A stretch of DNA of 54,725 nt from Polyangiales bacterium (lineage in GTDB: Bacteria > Myxococcota_A > Polyangia > Polyangiales > Polyangiaceae): the NCBI GenBank assembly GCA_038230375.1, contig JBBRNJ010000062.1, positions 1 to 54,725 on the forward strand. The letters run 5' to 3'. How positions within the stretch are numbered: position 1 is the stretch's first letter; every line of letters starts with the position of its first letter. The translations under genes and the position numbers were made by a program. This document shows, in pieces, positions 8,414 to 16,783 of the stretch. The notes under the pieces were generated by a model. That model had not been told where the DNA came from. It made no database searches and saw nothing but the letters and a program-made list of their open reading frames with translations.

Positions 8414-9374
8414 CGGGCTTGTCGCGAAGCAGCGTGGGGTAGCGGCGCTTCAGCAACGTCAACGCGACGAACCCCACGATGACGGCGAACCAGAGCGTCG
8501 CAAAGCGCACGAGGATGGTCGTGGCGGAGGCGTCCTCCATGGGCACCTTGCCGACCTCGTGCAGCTGCGCGACCAGCGCGCCCTCCGTGACGCCCATGCC
8601 GCCCGGCGTGATGATCGCAAGGGCGCCCGCCAGCGTGCTCGTGGCGTACACGAAGGCCGCGAACATCACGGTGGGGTCGGCGCCGAACCCGCGCAGGATG
8701 ACGTAGAGGGCGAGGCACTCGCACATCCACGCGAATGCGGAGATGACCGTGGGAAAGAGGAGGTTCCGCGGCGCGAGCATCGTGGCGAGGCTCTCGCGCG
8801 AGTGCCGGAGCTTGGGTGCGATCTTGGAGACGCGGGGTGGCATCTTCTCCACCAGGCCGATCGCAAAGAGCGCGAGCTTCTCCGAGGAGATGAACGCGAT
8901 GAGGACCGCCACCAGGCCCACGCCGATGCCCGCCCAGATGAGCCCGCCGCGGAAGCCGAACGACGCAATGACGATGATGATCGCGATGCCGAGAACGTCG
9001 GTCACGCGCTCCGTCACCACGATGGGCGCGGTCTTCGCGATGGGTACACCGTGCGTCTCGAACAGGATGAAGGACTTGAACGCCTCGCCGACCTTGCCGG
9101 GTGACACCGTGAGCACGAAGCCCGAGAGGAACGTGAGGAAGCTGTCCACCTTGCCCACGTCGGTGATGCCAAGGCGCGCGAGATAGAACTCCCACTTGAA
9201 GAAGCGAAGGAAGTAGTTGCAGAAGGCGAGCACGCACGCGAGGCCGAAGGCCCACCAGTGGAATACGGCGAGCGCCGCCTGCATCTTGCCGACGCCCTGG
9301 AAGATAGACCAGCCGACGTAGAACAGGATTCCGACCAGCGCGACCGCGAGGACCTTGCGAAGGCTGAACTTCAC
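8388..9374 (-). CDS. lysylphosphatidylglycerol synthase TM/UPF0104 flippase-like membrane protein
   Basis: NYFLRFFKW, SPGKVGE, ERVTD, TPGGMGVTEG and RFATLW motifs; multi-TM. Confidence 0.85.
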   Translation of the reverse strand: MKFSLRKVLAVALVGILFYVGWSIFQGVGKMQAALAVFHWWAFGLACVLAFCNYFLRFFKWEFYLARLGITDVGKVDSFLTFLSGFVLTVSPGKVGEAFKSFILFETHGVPIAKTAPIVVTERVTDVLGIAIIIVIASFGFRGGLIWAGIGVGLVAVLIAFISSEKLALFAIGLVEKMPPRVSKIAPKLRHSRESLATMLAPRNLLFPTVISAFAWMCECLALYVILRGFGADPTVMFAAFVYATSTLAGALAIITPGGMGVTEGALVAQLHEVGKVPMEDASATTILVRFATLWFAVIVGFVALTLLKRRYPTLLRDKPATPAAPSA

Positions 9375-9378
9375 TTGC

Positions 9379-9564
9379 TCATCCCTTGGACTTCGGGGCC
9401 TTGCGACGCGTCCACTTCCACAAAAGGAACGTCGCGAAGCCGACCAGCACGAGGATGGACAGGCCCACGATGAGGCGGGGCGAGCCCTCCCACTTGCCGC
9501 GGCCCAGGCCGGGGTCGGGCCGCTCTACGATCTCCGTGGGGGTGGGCGTTGCTGCGTCGGGCAC
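9379..9564 (-). CDS. small single-pass membrane protein (about 61 aa)
   Basis: GTG start (cac 9562-9564); hydrophobic helix LIVGLSILVLVGFATFLLW followed by a basic tail; stop 4 nt before the flippase start. Confidence 0.6.
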   Translation of the reverse strand: MPDAATPTPTEIVERPDPGLGRGKWEGSPRLIVGLSILVLVGFATFLLWKWTRRKAPKSKG

Positions 9565-9621
9565 GACGGCGCTTATATCACAAGCTTTGACAGGACTTCC
9601 GAGTCGTGCGAGGGAAAGCCG

Positions 9622-10659
9622 GTGAGCCCCGCGACCGACGACAAGACCGAGGAGCGCGGCGACGTGGAGCTGCTCGAGCGCGCCGCGGCCGCCAGCAAGA
9701 GCCTGCGCGAGGCCATCGCCGCCAAGGTCGTCGGGCAGGGCAACGTGATCGACGCCATGCTGGTCGCGCTCCTGGCCCGCGGACACGCGCTGCTCGTGGG
9801 GGTCCCTGGGCTGGCCAAGACGCTGCTCGTATCGTCGCTGGCGGAGGCGCTGGACCTCTCGTTCGGACGCGTGCAGTTTACACCTGATTTGCTCCCCGCG
9901 GACATCACCGGCACGGACGTGCTGCAGGAAGAGGAAGACGACAAGGGCAACCTTCGTCGCCGCGTGCGCTTCCTGTCGGGCCCCATCTTCCACAACCTGG
10001 TCCTGGCCGACGAGATCAACCGCACGCCCCCCAAGACCCAGGCCGCGCTGCTGCAGGCCATGCAGGAGCGGCGCGTGACGGTGGGCACCACCACGCACAA
10101 GCTGCCCGACCCGTTCCAGGTGTTCGCCACGCGAAATCCGATCGAGCAGGAGGGCACGTATCCGTTGCCCGAGGCGCAGCTCGACCGCTTCCTTCTCGAG
10201 ATCCATGTCGAGTACCCGTCCGAGGACGAGGAGCGCGAGATCGCACGACGCACGACCAGCGCAAAGGTGGAGGAGATCCCGCGCGTGCTCAACGTTGACG
10301 ACGTCCGCGCGCTGCAGTCGCTCGTGCCGCGCATCCCCGTCACCGATGAGGCCGTGAAGCTCGCGGTCTCGCTGGGGCGCGCGACGCGTCCCGATCCGGC
10401 GCCCTCGGCGCGTACCGCGAAGGCAGTGCTCGAGTACGTGCGCTTCGGCGCGGGGCCTCGCGGCTCGCAGGCGCTGGTGCTCGCGGCAAAGGCACGCGCG
10501 GCGCTCCGTGGAGAGGCAGCGGCAGACGTGGACGACGTGCTGGCGATGCTGGTGCCCGTGCTCCGCCACCGCCTCGTGCTGTCGTATCGCGCCGAGGCCG
10601 AAGGCGTGAAGGACACGGACATCCTTGCCAAGGTCAAAGAGCGCGCGATTTCGGGCTGA
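9622..10659 (+). CDS. moxR: MoxR-family AAA+ ATPase
   Basis: GHALLVGVPGLAKT, RVQFTPDLLPADITG, LADEINRTPPKTQAALL and NPIEQEGTYPLPEAQLDRF motifs. Confidence 0.92.
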   Translation: MSPATDDKTEERGDVELLERAAAASKSLREAIAAKVVGQGNVIDAMLVALLARGHALLVGVPGLAKTLLVSSLAEALDLSFGRVQFTPDLLPADITGTDVLQEEEDDKGNLRRRVRFLSGPIFHNLVLADEINRTPPKTQAALLQAMQERRVTVGTTTHKLPDPFQVFATRNPIEQEGTYPLPEAQLDRFLLEIHVEYPSEDEEREIARRTTSAKVEEIPRVLNVDDVRALQSLVPRIPVTDEAVKLAVSLGRATRPDPAPSARTAKAVLEYVRFGAGPRGSQALVLAAKARAALRGEAAADVDDVLAMLVPVLRHRLVLSYRAEAEGVKDTDILAKVKERAISG

Positions 10660-10784
10660 ATCTCCGGCGGATCCGCGCACGGACACGCTCGCTGAACGCC
10701 AAAAAAAAACCGCTCGCCACGCGTTCACGACCGTTCGCGCAGCGCCCTGGTGCGACGCGGCGTGCGGGCGCGCATGCTCTCTTC

Positions 10785-12047
10785 ATGAAGGCGATCCTTC
10801 GGGGGTTTGGGGTTCTGGTCCTTTCGACGTGCGCGTGGGTCCCATGCGCGCACCTCTTCTTCCACCCGCGAACCGCGGACGACGACACGGCGACCATCAC
10901 CACGCTACGCACCAAGGTCGCCGCGAATGACGTATCCGATTTCTCCCGCATGCGGCGAGACAACCCCGAGTGGGACCTGATGGGTCGCCTCTACCTCGGG
11001 CTTGCGCTCGCGAACCGCGCCATGGCCCAGACGGGAAGTGACGAGGGACGCGACGAGGCCGCGCGGGACGTTGGTGCGCTCGACGCGCTGCTCGCGGACA
11101 CGGAGAGCGAGCTGTCGCGCGGCGGGCAGGGGACGTTCATGCTGCCGTACAAGGACGCGCGGCCGTGGGTCTCCACGGAAGGGCGGAGCGTGTTCGTCGA
11201 TGGCGAGGTGCTGCTCCTGCAGTCTGCGCGCGCCCTTGCAGCACATGAGCCCCCCGCCGAGAGCGCCAAGGTGCGCGCTGCTGCGATCACACGTGCCATG
11301 AAGGACAGCCCCACGCTCTCCGCAGAGAGCTACCCGGACGAGGCATGGACCTTCTGCAACACCACGGGCCTCGCCGCGCTTGCCGCGTTCGATGCAGCGA
11401 GCGCAGAGGCCGGCGTGCCCGGAGGAGCAGAGACCGCGCGCGAGCACGACGCGCTCGCCGCCTCGTGGGTCTCGATGGCCAAGGTCAGGCTCACCGATCC
11501 GGGGACTGGCCTCCTCATCACGAGCTACACGCGCGACGGTCGCGTGTTGCAAGGGCCGGAGGGCTCCAGTCTGTTCATGGTCGCGCACAGCCTTCGCTTC
11601 GTGGACGATGCGCTCGCGCGGGACCAGTACGCGCGCACGAAGGCGGCGCTGATCCATGAGGTTGCAGGATTCGCGTACGCGGAGGAGTGGCCAGCGGTTC
11701 CGGGCGCCGCGCCGCGTGCGGATATCGACTCCGGGCCCATCGTGCCCATCTTCCACGCAAGCGCGGGCGCCAGCGGCCTCTCGATCCTCTCGGCGCACGC
11801 GTTCGAGGACCACGTGACCGCAAGCGCGCTCGAACGCTCGCTCTCGTTCGTCGGCTTCCCTGAACACGACGGCGACGGACGCGCGACGCGCTATCTGGCC
11901 GGCAATCCCCTGGGCGATGCGCTCATCGTCTATGCGCGCTCCTTCGGCCCCTTGCTCCAGCGGGTGAGCGCATACAAGGCCACCAGGATCGCGCTACGGA
12001 CGCAACAACGGAAACATCGAGCACGAAAGGACTGGAAGTACACATGA
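10785..12047 (+). CDS. secreted linalool dehydratase/isomerase-like (alpha/alpha barrel) protein
   Basis: Signal/anchor N-terminus; NPEWDLMGR, ESYPDEAWTFCN, DIDSGP and ASGL motifs resembling the LDI-domain family. Confidence 0.55.
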   Translation: MKAILRGFGVLVLSTCAWVPCAHLFFHPRTADDDTATITTLRTKVAANDVSDFSRMRRDNPEWDLMGRLYLGLALANRAMAQTGSDEGRDEAARDVGALDALLADTESELSRGGQGTFMLPYKDARPWVSTEGRSVFVDGEVLLLQSARALAAHEPPAESAKVRAAAITRAMKDSPTLSAESYPDEAWTFCNTTGLAALAAFDAASAEAGVPGGAETAREHDALAASWVSMAKVRLTDPGTGLLITSYTRDGRVLQGPEGSSLFMVAHSLRFVDDALARDQYARTKAALIHEVAGFAYAEEWPAVPGAAPRADIDSGPIVPIFHASAGASGLSILSAHAFEDHVTASALERSLSFVGFPEHDGDGRATRYLAGNPLGDALIVYARSFGPLLQRVSAYKATRIALRTQQRKHRARKDWKYT

Positions 12048-12352
12048 GCGCCGACCTGCCCAAGCCTTCTCTTCGCACGCCCATCAAGGTCGCGCTCGTC
12101 GCCAGCCTCGCAGAGCTCGCATGCGTGCTCTTCGTTCACAGCTCGCATCGCGCCGCGGTGGCTGTGGTCTCTGGACAGGCCGTGCCTGGTGGCGCGGGCT
12201 CAGCGTCGCCGGAGCTCGTGGGCTGGCTTGTCGTTGCCGCCGAGATGTTCAGCGTGCTCGTCCTCCCGCCCATCATCATCGCGGCTGTATTCGGTTGTAT
12301 ACTGCATGTAGTTGCAAATAGGCCTTTCCAAAGGCGGCGCGCTGTCCGATGA
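12044..12352 (+). CDS. small two-TM membrane protein
   Basis: ATGA overlap with the upstream stop; two hydrophobic segments. Confidence 0.6.
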   Translation: MSADLPKPSLRTPIKVALVASLAELACVLFVHSSHRAAVAVVSGQAVPGGAGSASPELVGWLVVAAEMFSVLVLPPIIIAAVFGCILHVVANRPFQRRRAVR

Positions 12353-12361
12353 TGTTCTTGT

Positions 12362-13918
12362 ATGGCAGGATCTGGCCACTCGGCGTCTGACGGGCCGAAG
12401 GACACAGCGAAGGACGGTGGCAAGGAAGCGCCGAATGCGCCGAGCGCACCCAACGCGCCGAGCGCACCCAGCGCGCCCAACGCATCCAACGCATCCAACG
12501 CATCCATCAGCGCGAAGGATGCGAAGAAGCTCTCGGTCGCGCCGCGGCCGGCGCCCTCGGTCGTGCCGGCGCACCCCGACATCGACAACGACAAGACCCC
12601 GTCACTGCCGCCGCTTCCGGCCGCGGGGCCGTGGCGCAGCTACAAGGAGCTCCTGAGCCAGCTCGCGCAGCGCATCGTGGACGCGCAGCGCCCGATCCGC
12701 GTGCTGCAGGCTGTGAGGTGGGATCCCTCGCTGGAGGCGGAGTTCGCCAAGTCGCGCTGCCGCGAGCTGCCAAGGGCCGACGCCGCATACTACGCCGCGA
12801 ACGAGCTCGGATTCGATCCCAAGGTCAAGGCGGGCGAGTTCGAGGAGATCGCGCGCGACGTGGACCGCGAGCTCGGTGGCGGCGATGCGATCGGGTCCAT
12901 CCTCCTCGCGACGGCGCTGGAATATCGCGACGTGGTGCGCATGCTGGCCGCGCGTGGCACGCCCACGTTCTATGCGTACTCGCGCAAGCTGTACGGGTCG
13001 CCGAAGGACAAATTCCCGGACGGCAAGAGCACGGTGCGTGAGCTAGGACACGTGCTCTACGAGACGCTCACCAACGTGGACGACGCCGCGCTCGGCCCGC
13101 AGTACGAGCGCAACATCCCCGCAGAGGCCGCCGCGGAGGAGCTCAATCGCCGCTTCCTGGCGTACTTCGGCGACGCCGGCGTGCGTGTCGAGGTCGACGA
13201 TGCGATCGTGTCCGACGCGGCCGCGGGCGGCGATCGCGTGAAGGTGCGCACCGGCGCGAAGTTCTCCCAGCGCGACATCGACATCCTGGAGGTGCACGAG
13301 GGCTGGGTGCACGTGGGCACCTCGCTCAACGGGCAGCAGCAGACGGTTGCGAAGTGGCTCGCGAAGGGCCCGCCGCGCGTGACGGCCGTGCAGGAGGGCC
13401 TGGCGGCGCTCGTGGAGATCTTCACGTTCCGCACTTATCCGCGTCGTGCGCGCCGCCTGAACGACCGCGTGGTTGCGGTGGACAAGGCGGAGGACGGCGC
13501 GAACTTCATCGACGTCTTCGAGTGGTTTCGCACGGAGGGCTACGAGGAAGAAGAGTGCTTCGCGAACACCCGCCGCGTCTTCCGTGGCGGCGTGGTGGAC
13601 GGCGCCGCGCCCTTCACGAAGGACTCCTGTTACTGCAAAGGCATCGTCCTCAACTACGCGTTCATCCGCAGCGCCGTGCAGTGCAATCGCGCAGACCTGA
13701 TTCCGTATCTCTTCGCCGGCAAGGTCGCACACGAGGACGTGCCGGTGCTCGCGCGCCGCGTCGCGGACGGCGTGGTGAAGCCGCCCAAGTACATCCCGCC
13801 GATGTTCCGCGACCTGAACGGCCTCGCGATCTGGATGGCGTACTCGTCGTTCTTCTCGCGCCTGGGAGGCGATGAGATCCTGAGCCACTACGAGAAGCTC
13901 TTCGCCCGCACCGGTTAG
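12362..13918 (+). CDS. DUF1704 / QEGLA-motif metallopeptidase-like protein
   Basis: HEGWVH, VQEGLA, RRVFRGG and FTKD motifs; low-complexity N-terminus. Confidence 0.88.
   Translation: MAGSGHSASDGPKDTAKDGGKEAPNAPSAPNAPSAPSAPNASNASNASISAKDAKKLSVAPRPAPSVVPAHPDIDNDKTPSLPPLPAAGPWRSYKELLSQLAQRIVDAQRPIRVLQAVRWDPSLEAEFAKSRCRELPRADAAYYAANELGFDPKVKAGEFEEIARDVDRELGGGDAIGSILLATALEYRDVVRMLAARGTPTFYAYSRKLYGSPKDKFPDGKSTVRELGHVLYETLTNVDDAALGPQYERNIPAEAAAEELNRRFLAYFGDAGVRVEVDDAIVSDAAAGGDRVKVRTGAKFSQRDIDILEVHEGWVHVGTSLNGQQQTVAKWLAKGPPRVTAVQEGLAALVEIFTFRTYPRRARRLNDRVVAVDKAEDGANFIDVFEWFRTEGYEEEECFANTRRVFRGGVVDGAAPFTKDSCYCKGIVLNYAFIRSAVQCNRADLIPYLFAGKVAHEDVPVLARRVADGVVKPPKYIPPMFRDLNGLAIWMAYSSFFSRLGGDEILSHYEKLFARTG
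12428..12508 (+). repeat. in-frame 9-bp tandem repeat (APN/APS/ASN), 9 units
   Basis: gcgccgaat gcgccgagc gcacccaac gcgccgagc gcacccagc gcgcccaac gcatccaac gcatccaac gcatccatc. Confidence 0.9.
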
Positions 13919-13929
13919 GATCACGAAAC

Positions 13930-13964
13930 CATACTTGCGTTTGGTCGTACTTTACGTAAGTATG
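13930..13964. promoter_or_regulatory. inverted repeat, putative operator of the AAA_14 gene
   Basis: CATACTTGCGT-N13-ACGTAAGTATG (10/11 match), overlapping TATGAT 5 nt before the ATG at 13972. Confidence 0.65.
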
Positions 13965-13971
13965 ATGTCGC

Positions 13972-15117
13972 ATGGACCGCACGTTCTGGCTGGCCGAGGT
14001 CGATCGGGCCTTCGAGGCGAGGAGCGTCGTCTGGCTGTCCGGGGTGCGTCGGTCCGGCAAGACCACGCTGGCCAAGAGCCTACCTGGGGCCAGCTATCAC
14101 GATTGCGAGCTTGTCCGTGTACGCCGCGCGCTGGAAGAGCCTGAGCTGTTCTTCCGGGGCAGGGTCGGCGAGACGGTGGTCCTTGATGAGGTGCATCGCC
14201 TGCCGAATCCGTCGGAGGTGCTGAAGGTGGCAGCGGACCACTTCCCGAAGGTGCGCGTGCTGGCGACGGGCTCATCGACGCTGTCGGCGCGCGACAAGTT
14301 CAAGGACACGTTGACGGGTCGGAAGCGAGATGTGTGGCTCGTCCCGATGATCGAGCAAGACCTCGTCGACTTCGGGGAGTCGGACGTGGAACGTCGGATG
14401 CTATGCGGTGGGCTGCCGCCGTTCTTCCTCGCGAGGCGCAGGGACGACAAGGACTACGAGGAGTGGGTGAGCTCCTACTGGGCGAAGGATCTCTCCGAGC
14501 TCTTCGTCATCGACAAGAAGACCGCGTTCACCAGGTTCGTGGAGCTTTGTTTCGCGCAGAGCGGCGGCATGTTCGAGGCCCAGTCGTTCGCGGTTCCGTG
14601 CGAGGTCTCACGTCCCACCATCCAGCACTGGCTCAGCATCCTGGAGATCACGCTCCTGGCGACGGTCCTTCGTCCGTACCACGGCGCGTCCGCAGTGGAG
14701 CTCAAGGCGCAGCCGAAGGTCTATGCGTTCGACACCGGCTTCGTCTCCTACTTCCGCGGGTGGGACTCGCTCCGCGACGGCGACCGCGGCTTCCTGCTCG
14801 AGCACCTGGTGCTTGGTGAGATCGCCGCGCGCTTCGGCACCTCACGCCTTCACTACTGGCGCGACAAACAGAAGCACGAGGTCGACTTCATACTGGAGGT
14901 CGGCCGCCGCCGAGACCTCCTGGCGCTCGAGTGCAAGAGCGCCGCAAAGAGCTTCGATCCAGCCGGATTGAAGGCCTTCCGCGGCAAGCACCCGAAGGGC
15001 AAGAACCTGGTCGTCACGCTCCACCCAACCGAGACCCACAAGAGGACCTACGGCGACATAGAGGTCCAGTTCGTGCCCTACGCTGACTTCGGAAAGCACC
15101 TGGAGGGGTTGAGGTGA
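13972..15117 (+). CDS. AAA_14 ATPase with DUF4143 (PD-(D/E)xK-like C-terminus)
   Basis: GVRRSGKTT, VVLDEVH, ATGSS, GGLP, KVYAFDTG and YWRD...EVDF...ALECK motifs. Confidence 0.88.
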   Translation: MDRTFWLAEVDRAFEARSVVWLSGVRRSGKTTLAKSLPGASYHDCELVRVRRALEEPELFFRGRVGETVVLDEVHRLPNPSEVLKVAADHFPKVRVLATGSSTLSARDKFKDTLTGRKRDVWLVPMIEQDLVDFGESDVERRMLCGGLPPFFLARRRDDKDYEEWVSSYWAKDLSELFVIDKKTAFTRFVELCFAQSGGMFEAQSFAVPCEVSRPTIQHWLSILEITLLATVLRPYHGASAVELKAQPKVYAFDTGFVSYFRGWDSLRDGDRGFLLEHLVLGEIAARFGTSRLHYWRDKQKHEVDFILEVGRRRDLLALECKSAAKSFDPAGLKAFRGKHPKGKNLVVTLHPTETHKRTYGDIEVQFVPYADFGKHLEGLR

Positions 15118-15303
15118 CGGAGCGCCCTGGCTAGCGACCCCCTTTCATGTTCCGCTGCCGGCACGAGTACACCACACAGGTGTACTCGGTCGCAGAAATT
15201 CGGCGGAAATTGCGATATTTCCTGCCATTGTACGCCCGATAGGTGAACCAAGAAAGGTGACGGGACGGGAGGGACCGCCACCGCGAGCGGGCGGCTTCGG
15301 GAC

Positions 15304-16098
15304 CTAGCGGCCCCTGAAGACTGGCTTCTTTTTCTGGGCGTAGGCGGAGAGGCCTTCTTTGGCGTCGTTCGACGCGAAGAGCTCCGCCTGCAGCTCTCGT
15401 TCGATCGCGAGGCCTTGCTCCAGCGAGGTCTCCGTTGCTACCTGCGCGGCTCGCTTGATCCGGCCCACCGCGAGTGGCGCGCCGTTGGGCGGCGTGAAGC
15501 CGTGGGCGTAGTCCAGGACCTTCTTCTGGAACTCCTCGACTGTTCCGGCTTCCCAGACCTTGTTCACGAGGCCCATCGCGGCTGCCGCCTCGAAGTTCAT
15601 CTTCGAGCCCTCGGCCATCATCTCGATCGCGCGTGACTTGCCGACGAGCCGCGTGAGCCGCTGCGTGCCGCCCGTTCCAGGAAGGACGCCCAGCGCCACT
15701 TCGGGCAAACCCAGCTGGTAGTCGCCCTGGCGCGCGATGCGCAGATCGCACGCCATCGCGATCTCCAGGCCGCCGCCCACGCAGTGCCCGTTGATGGCTG
15801 CGATGCAGAGCTTGGGAGTGTTCTCCATGCGCAGCAGCGTCTCGTTCGCGTGAAGGCAGAAGTAATATTTGAACGTGGCGTCCGCCTCCGCGAGCATGTT
15901 GATGTTCGCGCCGGCGGAGAAGAAACGCTCGCCGTGCCCGGTGACGATCAGCACGTGCACGTCGTTATCGAAGCGCGCCTCGAGCACCGCGGCGTCGAGC
16001 TCCTTCAGCATCTCGTACGAGTACGCGTTCACCGGAGGATCGTTGAGGGTGAGGACCGCCACACCCTTGTCCGTCGCGTAGTTGACCAGCGTACCCAT
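15304..16098 (-). CDS. enoyl-CoA hydratase/isomerase
   Basis: FSAGANI, GHCVGGGLEIAMACD and PEVALGVLPGTGGTQRL motifs. Confidence 0.92.
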   Translation of the reverse strand: MGTLVNYATDKGVAVLTLNDPPVNAYSYEMLKELDAAVLEARFDNDVHVLIVTGHGERFFSAGANINMLAEADATFKYYFCLHANETLLRMENTPKLCIAAINGHCVGGGLEIAMACDLRIARQGDYQLGLPEVALGVLPGTGGTQRLTRLVGKSRAIEMMAEGSKMNFEAAAAMGLVNKVWEAGTVEEFQKKVLDYAHGFTPPNGAPLAVGRIKRAAQVATETSLEQGLAIERELQAELFASNDAKEGLSAYAQKKKPVFRGR

Positions 16099-16266
16099 CG
16101 TGCTTCCTCCCAAGATGCCCTCGAGCATAGTATGAATCCCGGCGCGCTTTCATGTAAGCTTGCGCCACCCTGCAGGAGCATTGGGCGGGAATAACGCCGA
16201 GTTGCCGCCTGCTTGCTTCATGATCGCCGGCATGATTGCTGGCATGACCGGAGAACGCCGAAGAAG

Positions 16267-16770
16267 ATGGCCCAGATGACGTCGTTCCCTCTCGCTCGCA
16301 CCGGCACTGTGATCGCACTCGCTCTCGGAGCGCTCGGTGCCTCCGGCTGCGCGCCCACGCTCATCCCCAACACCGACGTCGAGGACACGTCTCCGAACAA
16401 GAAGGTCGTCGGCTACTGCGAGCAGTACCGCCACGGCGTCGAGGAGAAGAACGTCGGCCTGCTGCTCAAGATGGCAAGCGAGCGCTACTACGAGGACGGC
16501 GGCAACACGAACGCCGAGGACGACATCGACTTCGCCGGGCTGAAGGAGTACCTCGCCGGTTCGTTCGTGAAGACCAGCGCCATCCGGTACGAGATCCGCT
16601 ACCGCCGCGTCACCTTCACGCAGAACGACAAGGTGTATGTAGATTACACCTATTCGGCGAGCTACAAGCTGCCGGGCCTGAAGGGCGAGGAGTGGCGCCA
16701 CACCGTCGCCGACAACCGCCTCGTGCTCGTCCCCGACGGCGACGCCTACAAGATCCTGAGCGGGATGTAG
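16267..16770 (+). CDS. lipoprotein, NTF2/SnoaL-like fold likely
   Basis: Lipobox GASG-C; pattern LLKMASERYYED...YKILSGM. Confidence 0.7.
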   Translation: MAQMTSFPLARTGTVIALALGALGASGCAPTLIPNTDVEDTSPNKKVVGYCEQYRHGVEEKNVGLLLKMASERYYEDGGNTNAEDDIDFAGLKEYLAGSFVKTSAIRYEIRYRRVTFTQNDKVYVDYTYSASYKLPGLKGEEWRHTVADNRLVLVPDGDAYKILSGM

Positions 16771-16783
16771 TGCGGATCGCGAC

